A stretch of 40,284 bases of DNA from Oligoflexia bacterium. Lineage in GTDB: Bacteria; Bdellovibrionota; Bdellovibrionia; Bdellovibrionales; UBA1609. The stretch is from NCBI GenBank assembly GCA_026914095.1, contig JAPPIY010000122.1, positions 1 through 40,284 on the forward strand. Reading direction: 5' to 3'. Shown one piece after another: positions 17,616 to 26,395 of the stretch. Position 1 is the first letter of the stretch. Each line of letters opens with the position of its first letter. The notes under the pieces are model-generated. The model made no database searches. It was not told the origin of the DNA and worked only from the letters and a program-made list of their open reading frames with translations. The position numbers and the translations under genes are program-made.

Positions 17616-18686
17616 CTATTTGATAGTGATTTGATTGAGCAGATCCAGATGATCCAGAGTTTTACCGGCTCCTAAAACCACGCAGAGCAAGGGTTTATCA
17701 GCAATAGAGACAGGAAGTCCTGTTTTTTCTTTTAAAAACAAGTCCATATTGTGAAGCAAAGCTCCTCCTCCTGTGAGAAAAATTCCATTATCTACAATAT
17801 CAGAAGCCAATTCCGGAGGGGTCTTTTCAAGAGCCAGACGAATGGTCCTGATAATTTCTTCCAAGGGGTCTGTTAAGGCCTTATTCACTTGAAAGCGGTT
17901 GAGGGTGATTGTTTTAGGAGTTCCTGTTACCAGATCCCTTCCTTTTACAGAGAGGTTTTTGTTGTCTTTTTCAATACAAAGGGCGGTGCCGAGGTTGGTT
18001 TTTATATTTTCAGCGGTTCGCTCTCCTATCAAGAGGTTAAAATTTCTGCGGATGTAATTGATAATGGATTCATCCAGCCTATCCCCCCCAACCTTAATGG
18101 ATTCACATATTACGATTCCTCCCAGGGAAATGATAGCCACTCCTGTTGTTCCTCCGCCAATATCCACCACTAAATTTCCTACAGGCTCTGTAATAGGCAG
18201 ATTGGCTCCTATAGCGGCGGCCAGAGGCTCTTCAATCAAATGAACGGAGCGGGCTCCGGCGGAAAGGGCTGATTCTTGAACCGCTCTTTTCTCAACCTGT
18301 GTGATCCCGTAAGGGACACAGATGACAATGCGGGGCCGAATGAAAGAGTTTTTTTGAGTGGCTTTAGAGATAAAATATTTCAACATTTGCTGAGTGATCT
18401 CAAAATCAGCAATCACTCCATCTTTTATGGGGCGAATGGCGACAATATTGCCGGGGGTTCGCCCTAGCATGTATTTAGCCTCTTTGCCAACGGCTAAAAC
18501 TCTTTTTTCATTTTGAAAGTCTTTTTGCATGGTGACCACAGAAGGCTCATTCAAGATGATTCCCTGTCCAGGAGAGAAAACCAAAGTGTTGGCGGTGCCA
18601 AGATCAATGGCAATGTCCTTATTGAAGTATTTTTTGATCTTAGAAAGCAAGTTTCTATTTTTTAACAGCACTCTAGTTAGAGTCAT
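17616..18686 (-). CDS. mreB: Rod-shape determining actin-like protein
   Basis: [27 protein letters not shown] and [11 protein letters not shown] phosphate/adenosine motifs. The ATG at 18686 is preferred over the TTG at 18710. Confidence 0.93.
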   Translation of the reverse strand: MTLTRVLLKNRNLLSKIKKYFNKDIAIDLGTANTLVFSPGQGIILNEPSVVTMQKDFQNEKRVLAVGKEAKYMLGRTPGNIVAIRPIKDGVIADFEITQQMLKYFISKATQKNSFIRPRIVICVPYGITQVEKRAVQESALSAGARSVHLIEEPLAAAIGANLPITEPVGNLVVDIGGGTTGVAIISLGGIVICESIKVGGDRLDESIINYIRRNFNLLIGERTAENIKTNLGTALCIEKDNKNLSVKGRDLVTGTPKTITLNRFQVNKALTDPLEEIIRTIRLALEKTPPELASDIVDNGIFLTGGGALLHNMDLFLKEKTGLPVSIADKPLLCVVLGAGKTLDHLDLLNQITIK

Positions 18687-18997
18687 AAGCGATAGCGCCT
18701 CAAAAAACAAGCTTTTGGTTTTAAAATTTTATGGATTATGCGCTTTTAGAAGGAAAGCTTTTCTTGAAATGATCCTAGCCTAAAGTTTGCTTTCTCCAGC
18801 TTTTCTGTGTTTTTTCTGGAAACTTCTAATCTCAGGAGCTTGTGTTGTTGAGGGTTCAAGCGAAAAAGCCTAGAGAGTCAGGGGAGTCCGCGCCAGTGTT
18901 TCCGCTTTTATAAGTCTGGTTATAAAGAGATTTTAAAGAGTTTGAGCTAAACAATTGTGAAAATTTTATTTCTCAGTTTTTATCTTAAAGTTCTGTC

Positions 18998-19280
18998 TGG
19001 CGATTTTTGTTGTTTTAATTTTTTCAGATTTTGTTTGTTGTGATGATACCTGTCGCTGTGGTGACTTGTGATAAGATCAATTTACAAAGCTCTTTGGACT
19101 TACACCGATCCGGTTTGAATTTTTAGATCCCAACTAGACTCCCGCCCTCGCTTTCGCGAGGACAGGCTTTCGCGGGAGTGACAGAAATTAAAGCGGGAAA
19201 ACTCAAACAGGATCGGTATAAATTAAGCTTTATCAACAATTGGATGAGGGGAAATTGTCAGCTCTTGGCGATGAAGGGGC
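18998..19280 (+). pseudogene. Frameshifted 5' fragment of a paralog of the TadE/G-like gene, split by a MITE
   Basis: 18998-19102 aligns by eye with 19697-19809 of the live gene (for example VVTCDKINLQSSLDL versus MVTYDKINLQNSLDL), with a 1-nt insertion. Weaker similarity resumes at about 19228-19280 versus about 19862-19915. Confidence 0.65.
19101..19220. repeat. MITE-like element, full copy with TA flanks
   Basis: TA|CACCGATCCGGTTTGAATTTTT ... GGAAAACTCAAACAGGATCGGTA|TA. Core GACTCCCGCCCTCGCTTTCGCGAGGACAGGCTTTCGCGGGAGTGAC. Confidence 0.9.
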
Positions 19281-19325
19281 TTGTGTTTTTTTGAAGATGG
19301 GGAAAAAATTTAAGAGGAAATTTGT

Positions 19326-19505
19326 TAGACTGAATTCTGTTTGAAAATTCAGTCTAACAGTCCTTCCTGTAAGAGTTCAGTCATTCCCGTGAAAACGGGA
19401 ATCTCGGAAGGTTCAGAAACCGTCCTTCCCGCGAAAGTCTGCCCTCGCGAAAGCGGGGGTGGGAATCTCCAGAAAAAGCGGGAAAACTCAAACAGGATTA
19501 GTATA
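19326..19505. repeat. MITE-like element, long copy
   Basis: TA|GACTGAATTCTGTTTGAAAATTC ... GGAAAACTCAAACAGGATTAGTA|TA. Contains GTCATTCCCGTGAAAACGGGAATCTC and CCCGCGAAAGTCTGCCCTCGCGAAAGCGGGGGTGGGAATCTCC. Confidence 0.85.
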
Positions 19506-19643
19506 TAATACCAGAAAATTCAGTCGGTTTGTTTCCTTTTCTGTTGAAGGACAGAGCTTCCTCAAAAAGCCTGTCCTTATGAAAATAGGGGCGAAAGCGG
19601 GAATTTTTAGAAAAAACTTCAAAACTTAAACAGGATCGGTATA
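19506..19643. repeat. MITE-like element, left-degenerate copy abutting the TadE/G-like gene
   Basis: GAAAATTCAGTCGG... ends with AACTTCAAAACTTAAACAGGATCGGTA|TA. The right end lies 22 bp upstream of the TTG start at 19666. Confidence 0.7.
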
Positions 19644-19665
19644 ATTTTACAGAGAGGGACTGCCA

Positions 19666-22014
19666 TTGAAATTTTTGAAAAATGCGAGAGGTCAGGTGGC
19701 GATTTTTGTCGTCTTGATCTTTCAGGTTTTGTTTATTTTATTTGCCATGACGCTCAATATCGCTATGGTGACTTACGATAAGATCAACCTGCAAAACTCT
19801 TTGGACTTAGCCGTTTATTATGGAGCTAAAAAACAAGCCGAGGTTTTAAATGCCATGGCTCATATCAACTACCAGATGAGGCAGAACTGGAAGCTTTTAG
19901 CCTGGCGCTATCGCATTATGGGGACTCTCGTGCAATATGAGGGAGGAACTGAACCTAAATACTGGTGTCCGCAAAAATTCAATTCTATTAAGTCTTGTGA
20001 AAGTAGAAGCTCAAATTGCCAGAGCGCTCAAAGTATTTTGGATGATGTTTATGGCAATGACTACTGTGATTTTCGTTACTTTGTCTGTATTAGCCATGAT
20101 CTTTGGAAAAGAGGTATTCAGAAGAGCAAACAAAATTTATGTAATAAAGTGGGATTCAATATCCCCCCTGTTGTTGATTTGATTGTAGTAGCTCCATTTA
20201 TGGGAGAGGCCCTTTTAGCTTTTGGAGGGATAAACGATCTTCAAGATAATCTTGAAGAATCTTGCCCTGCGGAAGGAGCTGTAAACTGGCTGATGACTCA
20301 ATTTTTTATGACACATTTTCGTTTGGATCAACTAGATCGAAAGCTAATGATAGAGGAGATTTACAATCGCAGTTTAAAGGAAGGAAAAGATCTGGATGGC
20401 GCGGAGATTTTTGGAGGGGCAAAAAAGGTCTTTCGCGGCAATCTAACTAAGGCCAACCTAGAGAGTGTAAAAAGTTTAGCTGATTACGGCTTGCAGGATT
20501 TTAACTCTTTTAAGGACAAAGATTTTAAGGAGATTTTTAAAAAGTTAAATGTTTGGCCCGTTCTGCAATTTGCGCGCGTTGAGGTTATATCCTCAAATGG
20601 TAGCACGGATTGTAATGTACATATGGATCAACACTACAAATATGGAGACTTTAAATACAACGATGATGCCTTTGAAAAAGTTCAAAAAATATTAAGATTG
20701 GAAGTCCACCCTTTAGCTGGCGCTCTACGAGATGAAGTTAAACTCTTATTTAGGTTTAATGCTCTTAATTTTTTCCGCCAAGATGATCCGGACCCCATGA
20801 GGGAATTGACCCTCTCTTTTTTTAAAGATAAGGATCAGACTCTTTATTATGGCTTAAAGGCGGAGTTTGACTACCTCTCTCAAAATCAGATCTTTTCTTT
20901 GAGCTCTCCGGTTAAGTTTAAAGCCAGCGCCTTTGCCAAGGCCTTTGGCGGAAATTTTGGCCCTCAGCCGGAACAAAGCGATCCTCTCATTCCCGTTCAT
21001 TCTGTTTCGGGCTATCCGTCTCCCCCCAGCCTTATTCCCAACTCCAATCAGCTCAATGTGGCTCTGTTACAGCCCAATCACTCCCGCTTTCCGGGGGACA
21101 GATGGGGCCTGATTGATAAAAGGCTTCATGACAACCGTCACCCCTCCGAGATGAATTTTTTAAACAAACACGCCTACTATAACAAGATACAAAGAGTTTA
21201 TTCTATGGAGGATTACTTTCATTTGATTTGGGGGACTGGAAAACGGGATCCTCTGGTCCAGCGGCCTTCTTATAATCCCTACAATTTTACCAGAATGATG
21301 GAGCTAATGGCGGTCTATCCCGATCTCTATGATATTTCTTATTACTCTATTTTGGGCAACTATCATCAGACTTATTTTAAAAAAATCTGTAAGCTTTTAT
21401 TGGGTGGCTCCGACTGTGATCTTGGCGGGAGCAACAAATTTAACTCTCCGGCGGCCCTTGGCAGACCCGTGTATATCCGGGGGGATTTTGGCTGGAAGGA
21501 CAGCCAGGAGTACTTAGAAGAAAATTACAGAAAGAAGGTCATTGAGTTATCTATCGCCCCTTATTTTTTAAATCAAGACAACGGAAAGGTGGCTACCAAC
21601 ATAATAAAAGATCCCGGCTATGATAGTTCTGGCCATCCTCCTAGGCTTTGGGGGAAAATACAATATGAAAGCAACCGGCCCAAGCATTATCGTGATAATG
21701 GTTTCTATCCTCTCTCCCAAGGGAACTTGTTTTACCCCTGGCTGGCTCGCTCTGATCCTGATCTTGACAAAGCGAAACTTCCTGATGGGCTTTTAAGCTC
21801 TTGGACCAATCCTCATCCTTTGAACTATGAAAAGTATGAATTAGATGAGGATCGTTTTTTAAAATGTGAGAGTACGGCTTTAAAAACAATGCCGGTTCCC
21901 AGCGCCTGCGCCAGCGGAGGGCGGAGCGGCTACTCCGTTAAGTTGATTTCTTGTGAAACTGTGAGAGATTTTGACCTTCAACCCAGTAATATTGACGACT
22001 ACTGCCCCAATTGA
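19666..22014 (+). CDS. TadE/TadG-like (Flp-pilus pseudopilin-like N-terminus) large secreted protein, 782 aa
   Basis: N-terminus RGQVAIFVVLIFQVLFILFAMTLNIAMVTYDKINLQNSLDLAVYYGA matches the TadE/G-like N-terminal pattern. 14 cysteines. The rest is unassignable. TTG start with GAGAGGGA upstream. Confidence 0.7.
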   Translation: MKFLKNARGQVAIFVVLIFQVLFILFAMTLNIAMVTYDKINLQNSLDLAVYYGAKKQAEVLNAMAHINYQMRQNWKLLAWRYRIMGTLVQYEGGTEPKYWCPQKFNSIKSCESRSSNCQSAQSILDDVYGNDYCDFRYFVCISHDLWKRGIQKSKQNLCNKVGFNIPPVVDLIVVAPFMGEALLAFGGINDLQDNLEESCPAEGAVNWLMTQFFMTHFRLDQLDRKLMIEEIYNRSLKEGKDLDGAEIFGGAKKVFRGNLTKANLESVKSLADYGLQDFNSFKDKDFKEIFKKLNVWPVLQFARVEVISSNGSTDCNVHMDQHYKYGDFKYNDDAFEKVQKILRLEVHPLAGALRDEVKLLFRFNALNFFRQDDPDPMRELTLSFFKDKDQTLYYGLKAEFDYLSQNQIFSLSSPVKFKASAFAKAFGGNFGPQPEQSDPLIPVHSVSGYPSPPSLIPNSNQLNVALLQPNHSRFPGDRWGLIDKRLHDNRHPSEMNFLNKHAYYNKIQRVYSMEDYFHLIWGTGKRDPLVQRPSYNPYNFTRMMELMAVYPDLYDISYYSILGNYHQTYFKKICKLLLGGSDCDLGGSNKFNSPAALGRPVYIRGDFGWKDSQEYLEENYRKKVIELSIAPYFLNQDNGKVATNIIKDPGYDSSGHPPRLWGKIQYESNRPKHYRDNGFYPLSQGNLFYPWLARSDPDLDKAKLPDGLLSSWTNPHPLNYEKYELDEDRFLKCESTALKTMPVPSACASGGRSGYSVKLISCETVRDFDLQPSNIDDYCPN

Positions 22015-22137
22015 AAAAATCATTGACTAAAAACTGAGAGCTAAAGTCTATTCTCATAAATTTTTTTAGCCAGAATAAATAAGACCTCTTCTAAAAATAT
22101 CCTTGCAAATCTTCTAAAAGTTGGATAATTTACAAGG

Positions 22138-23313
22138 ATGATACCAAGAATCATAACGGATAAAGTCAAGCAGGCTTTAAAGTATCAATCAGCTGTCGCT
22201 TTGGTGGGTCCAAGACAAGTGGGAAAAACAACATTAGCTCATCAGATTGCTAAAGAATACAAAGCTCTTTATTTGGATCTGGAAGATCAAAATGATCGAA
22301 ATCGCTTGAGTGACCCCGTATTATTTTTTGAAAGCATGGAAGACCGTTTGGTGATTTTGGATGAAATCCATCGTGTTCCTGAATTATTTTCGACACTTCG
22401 TGGAGTTATTGATAAAGGCCGTAGGAAACAAAAAGGCCGGGGTAGATTTTTAATCCTTGGTTCTGCTGGAATTGATTTGCTTAAGCAGTCAGGAGAATCT
22501 TTGGCGGGGCGAATTGCTTATATAGATATGACTCCTTTTTCACCTTTGGAAATTGAAAGGAATCGAAAAGCTTGTGAGAAGCTATGGCTGAGGGGAGGGT
22601 TCCCTAACAGTTATTTGGCGGAAAATAATAGAGAAAGCATGATTTTGCGAAAAGATTTTATTCGCACTTATTTAGAGCGGGATGTGCCTTTATTTGGCTC
22701 TCGTGTTCCCTCAGCCAGCTTAGAACGGCTTTGGACTATGTTATCACACAATCAAGCTTGTTTGTTGAACGCTTCCAAGCTGGCTCAGGCTCTTGGAGTG
22801 AGCGCGCAGTCTGTCACTCGTTATATAGATTTACTGTCCGACTTGTTTCTGGTTCGCCGGCTCCCCCCCTACCATGCCAATATTGGGAAAAGACTTGTCA
22901 AGTCGTCTAAAGTTTATATACGGGACAGTGGTTTTGTTCATACTCTTCTGGGGCTTGAATCTTTGGAACAGCTTATGGGGCATCCTGTGGTTGGGAGAAG
23001 TTGGGAAGCCTTTGTTATAGAAAATTTGTTATCTATTCGGCCTTGGCGCTCTCCCGCTTTTTTTTATAAAAGCTCTGCTGGAGCTGAAATTGATTTATTG
23101 ATAGAGCATAAAGACCAAACTCTTTGGGCTATTGAGATCAAAAGGTCTTTATCCGCTAAAATTGAAAGAGGTTTTTATCAGGCTTGCGCCGATTTAAAAC
23201 CCATTCGCTCCTTTATAGTATATGCCGGAGAGGAGCGTTACCCTGTTTCTGATAAAGTAGAGGCTATTGGACTTTATGAAATGGCTCAGGAGCTGAGAAA
23301 TTTGGATTTCTGA
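22138..23313 (+). CDS. AAA+ ATPase with C-terminal DUF4143-like region
   Basis: Walker A GPRQVGKTT and Walker B LVILDEIH. The length and C-terminal pattern (...WAIEIKRS...) are typical of the widespread AAA/DUF4143 family. Confidence 0.8.
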   Translation: MIPRIITDKVKQALKYQSAVALVGPRQVGKTTLAHQIAKEYKALYLDLEDQNDRNRLSDPVLFFESMEDRLVILDEIHRVPELFSTLRGVIDKGRRKQKGRGRFLILGSAGIDLLKQSGESLAGRIAYIDMTPFSPLEIERNRKACEKLWLRGGFPNSYLAENNRESMILRKDFIRTYLERDVPLFGSRVPSASLERLWTMLSHNQACLLNASKLAQALGVSAQSVTRYIDLLSDLFLVRRLPPYHANIGKRLVKSSKVYIRDSGFVHTLLGLESLEQLMGHPVVGRSWEAFVIENLLSIRPWRSPAFFYKSSAGAEIDLLIEHKDQTLWAIEIKRSLSAKIERGFYQACADLKPIRSFIVYAGEERYPVSDKVEAIGLYEMAQELRNLDF

Positions 23314-23367
23314 CAGTGAATATATGGGTGTTTATCATAGTGGCTAAGTTAATTGCGCCTATAATTC

Positions 23368-23469
23368 CCGAAAATTCAGATTGTAACTAGACTCCTGCTC
23401 CTCGCTTTCGCGAGAATAGGCTTTCATGGGAGTGACAGAAGGGAGGAAAACTCAAACAGGCCTAGTATA
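23368..23469. repeat. MITE-like element, left-truncated
   Basis: GAAAATTCAGATTGTAACTAGACTCCTGCTCCTCGCTTTCGCGAGAATAGGCTTTCATGGGAGTGAC...GGAAAACTCAAACAGGCCTAGTA|TA. Confidence 0.75.
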
Positions 23470-23516
23470 AATTTTAAAAGGAACAACAAAAGAAACGGCA
23501 AAACTTAGAGAGCCAA

Positions 23517-24743
23517 TCATTTCTTTTTGATTTGGTATTCATAGACAGCCTTTTCATGCTCTTTATAAGTTTTTGAAAATTTGTGACTGCCGTCATTGCG
23601 GCTTACGAAATAAAAGTAATCTGACTTTTCTGGTTTAAAAACCGCTTGCAGGCTCTCTTTTCCGGGGTTGGCAATGGGATTGGGGGGCAGTCCCTTTACA
23701 ACATAAGTGTTATAGGGGGAATTAAATAAAATATCCGCTTTTCTAATGTTTTTTTCTATATCAAAGCCCCGAATGAGATAAAGAGAATATAAAATAGTGG
23801 GGTCGCTTTGCAGTTTCATCTTTTTTTTCAAGCGGTTGAAAAAAACACCGGCAATCAAAGGCCGCTCTTTGGCCTGCCCAGTTTCTTTCTCCACTAGACT
23901 GGCCAAAGTCACCACCTGATGACGGCTTAAATTCACTTCTAAAGGAGATTGAGAGATTTCTTGATAAATTTTTGCAAACTTTTGAGTCATGCTTGTAATC
24001 AAATCTTCCGCCGGCAGGTATTTTGTCAGCTGATAGGTGTCAGGGAAGAGATAGCCTTCTAAAGATTCCAAATCTTGCTTTATCAGCTTTTTTGTAAAGT
24101 TTTTATTCCAAACCAGATTTAAAAATTGCTCTGTCTCAGAGTAGTTGTGGTTTTTTAAAGTTTCCGCCATTTCATAATGGTTGAATCCTTCAGGAAAAGA
24201 GACTTTAAAGACACGGACTTTGCCTTCCTTAAAATGATTAAAAATTTCCCACACGCTCCTATCAGAAGATATTTCATACTCTCCCTGTCTGAGAGCGGGG
24301 CGGCCATAGAGCAAAATGAGAGCTTTAAAAAGTTTTTCAGAAGAGATGATTTGTTTTTCTTTCAGCTCTCCCGCCAACTGATAAAAGGTTTTGCCAGGGG
24401 GGACATCAATTGTATGGATCAGGTTTGAGTTTTTCATTTCATTGTTCTGTTTTTCTTCGGAAGACGGAGCTCTCGCGAAAGCTTGCCCTGGTGGAAACAC
24501 GGGGGCAAGCTTTCGCGGGAATGAAGAGAAATCGGGAGAACTCAAACAGGATGGGTATAGGCTGTTTAAGTTTTGAAGTTTTTTATGGAGATTCCCGCCC
24601 CCGTGTTTCCACCAGGGCAAGCTTTCGCGGGAAGGACTGTCATACTGAAACTTCAAGCCAGAGGAGTATAAAACAGTCTCTGTTTTAGAAAGGAGAGAGC
24701 CAAAACAAAAGCTTATCAAAAGAAAGAATCCAAAAATTTTCAC
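23517..24743 (-). CDS. mltG: Endolytic murein transglycosylase (YceG-like) carrying an in-frame repeat-derived insert
   Basis: YceG core: FPEGF, LASLVEKE, FFNRL, LQSDPT, YNTY, GLPP.PI.NPG. The GTG at 24743 is preceded by GGGAGA with 7-nt spacing and directly follows the astD stop. N-terminal TM MKIFGFFLLISFCFGSLL. Confidence 0.88.
   Translation of the reverse strand: MKIFGFFLLISFCFGSLLSKTETVLYSSGLKFQYDSPSRESLPWWKHGGGNLHKKLQNLNSLYPSCLSSPDFSSFPRKLAPVFPPGQAFARAPSSEEKQNNEMKNSNLIHTIDVPPGKTFYQLAGELKEKQIISSEKLFKALILLYGRPALRQGEYEISSDRSVWEIFNHFKEGKVRVFKVSFPEGFNHYEMAETLKNHNYSETEQFLNLVWNKNFTKKLIKQDLESLEGYLFPDTYQLTKYLPAEDLITSMTQKFAKIYQEISQSPLEVNLSRHQVVTLASLVEKETGQAKERPLIAGVFFNRLKKKMKLQSDPTILYSLYLIRGFDIEKNIRKADILFNSPYNTYVVKGLPPNPIANPGKESLQAVFKPEKSDYFYFVSRNDGSHKFSKTYKEHEKAVYEYQIKKK
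24462..24670. repeat. Two tandem partial MITE copies lying inside the mltG reading frame
   Basis: CGCGAAAGCTTGCCCTGGTGGAAACACGGGGGCAAGCTTTCGCGGGAATGA...GAGAACTCAAACAGGATGGGTA|TA, then GATTCCCGCCCCCGTGTTTCCACCAGGGCAAGCTTTCGCGGGAAGGACTG...CAAGCCAGAGGAGTA|TA. Confidence 0.85.
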
Positions 24744-26192
24744 TTAAAAATCTCCCTTGGTTTTTTCAGCTAAAGGCGTAACGCAAAAGTCAATGGCAAA
24801 AGCTCCAGCTGGCCGGTCATTCCCAGATTTTCCCAACCCTCCAAAGGGCAGATAACTGCTGGCCCCTGCCGTGGATAGATTGTGATTGATAAGACCTACT
24901 TTGGCGCGATGAAAAATCTCTTCTTGGATTTTTTTATTTTTTGAAAAAACAGAAAGACTCAAGCCATAGCCGGAATGGTTGATCATCTCTAGGGCCTGAT
25001 CCAAACTGTCAGTTTCATAAAAAATCACTTGAGGGGTGAAGCTTTCTTTCGTTCCAAAAGAGGAGTTTTTATCAAACTTCATTTTGTAAAGGCCGGGGCT
25101 GACATAATAGCCTTTTTCTTTTAAAATTTGTTTTCCCTCCAGCAGAGCTTTTCCGCCTCTGTCTTTGATTTCTTTTTGCAAGTCAAAAAATCTTTGGATG
25201 GATTTTGAGTCAATCAAGCTTCCCATAAGAGAGTTTTTGCTCCAATGATCCCCTTTGATCTCTTGAGCGGACTTTATAAATTTTTTTGTAAAGTCTTTAG
25301 CTATTTTTTTATGAAGAACAATTTGCGAAGTAGAAGAGCATCTTTGCCCCGAAGTCCAAAAACAGCCTTTTAAAGTTTCTTTAACCGCTAAATCCAGATC
25401 AGCGTCTTCCCAAATAAGAGCGCTGTTATAGCCCCCCATTTCCAAAACTAAAATTTTAGAAAAATCTTTCACAATAGATTCTTTGATCTTTTGGCCGACT
25501 TCAAAAGAGCCTGTGAAAAGAGCGCCGTCAATCTCCTTATGCTGACAGAGTTTTTTAGAAACTTCAGCTCCCCCTTGGATCATTTGAAAAACTCCCGAGC
25601 CTAGGTCTAAGCGGTCAAAGGCTTGAGTGAGTTTTTGGCCGCTGGCTGGAGTTTTTTCGGAAGGCTTGAATATCACTGTGTTTCCCACAGCCAGAGCAGG
25701 TAAAATTTGCCCTAAGGGCAACAGCATGGGAAAATTAAAAGGGCCTATCACTAAGAGCAAACCCCGGCTCTTAAAGCGGATTCTTCCCTTAGCTTGAGGA
25801 ACTGTTTGATCTTGAATCCGGGTTAAACCCTCCTTTAAAACAAAATCGGTTTTTGAAAGGAGAGCTTTCACCTCTCCCTGGCTTTCCCAAAGAGGCTTGC
25901 CTGTTTCTCTGGAGATCAGCTCCGCCCAAGGGTTAATATTTTGTTTGATAATTGTTTTTAAGGGACTCAGTCTTTTGACCCTCTCTTTTAAAGAGAGCCT
26001 CGCCCAATTTTTATGAGCGGTTTTTCCAGCTAGGATCGCGGAATCAATTTCCCCTGTATTTTTTTCAGGCCAAGTGAAGATCAAGTCTTTAAAATCCGCC
26101 GGACTGATATGTTTTTTGATAAAGTTTTTTTTAGAGGGGCTTTGAAACCGTCCTTTCACATAAGAGCCTAAAAAAGAGATTTTCTCCATCAT
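24744..26192 (-). CDS. astD: Succinylglutamate-semialdehyde dehydrogenase-like aldehyde dehydrogenase
   Basis: GPFNFP, FKPSE, LEMGG, catalytic GQRC, and the AstD-like C-terminal segment LSTAGASSYLPFGGLGKSGNDRP. Start set at the MM pair (26192/26189), which matches the AstD N-terminus. Confidence 0.85.
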   Translation of the reverse strand: MMEKISFLGSYVKGRFQSPSKKNFIKKHISPADFKDLIFTWPEKNTGEIDSAILAGKTAHKNWARLSLKERVKRLSPLKTIIKQNINPWAELISRETGKPLWESQGEVKALLSKTDFVLKEGLTRIQDQTVPQAKGRIRFKSRGLLLVIGPFNFPMLLPLGQILPALAVGNTVIFKPSEKTPASGQKLTQAFDRLDLGSGVFQMIQGGAEVSKKLCQHKEIDGALFTGSFEVGQKIKESIVKDFSKILVLEMGGYNSALIWEDADLDLAVKETLKGCFWTSGQRCSSTSQIVLHKKIAKDFTKKFIKSAQEIKGDHWSKNSLMGSLIDSKSIQRFFDLQKEIKDRGGKALLEGKQILKEKGYYVSPGLYKMKFDKNSSFGTKESFTPQVIFYETDSLDQALEMINHSGYGLSLSVFSKNKKIQEEIFHRAKVGLINHNLSTAGASSYLPFGGLGKSGNDRPAGAFAIDFCVTPLAEKTKGDF

Positions 26193-26395
26193 AGAAAGTT
26201 TAATACAGATTTTGTCTCCAACCAAATATTTTTTGAAAATCCAGTGTGAGAAGAAAAAGAGACGAAACTTCACTTCATGTAAAAAACCGGTAGCCATTTA
26301 ATATGACGATTCAGTGAAAAGCTATTTGTAAAGGCAAAGATTCTTGAAGAAGAAGCTTATTTCAAAAAGAAATTTTGATTTTTTTAGTATCTCAA

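Noticed and set aside
19101-19643. Clustered repeats upstream of the TadE/G-like gene were considered as a CRISPR array or tandem satellite.
   Set aside because: Repeat spacing is irregular, and each unit has its own inverted termini and TA flanks. These are three independent MITE insertions.
26193-26395. The ~200-bp gap between astA and astD was checked for a hidden feature (ORF 26322..26612 overlaps it).
   Set aside because: The ORF is lysine-rich low complexity and overlaps the astA 3' end. I saw no repeat, hairpin or motif there.
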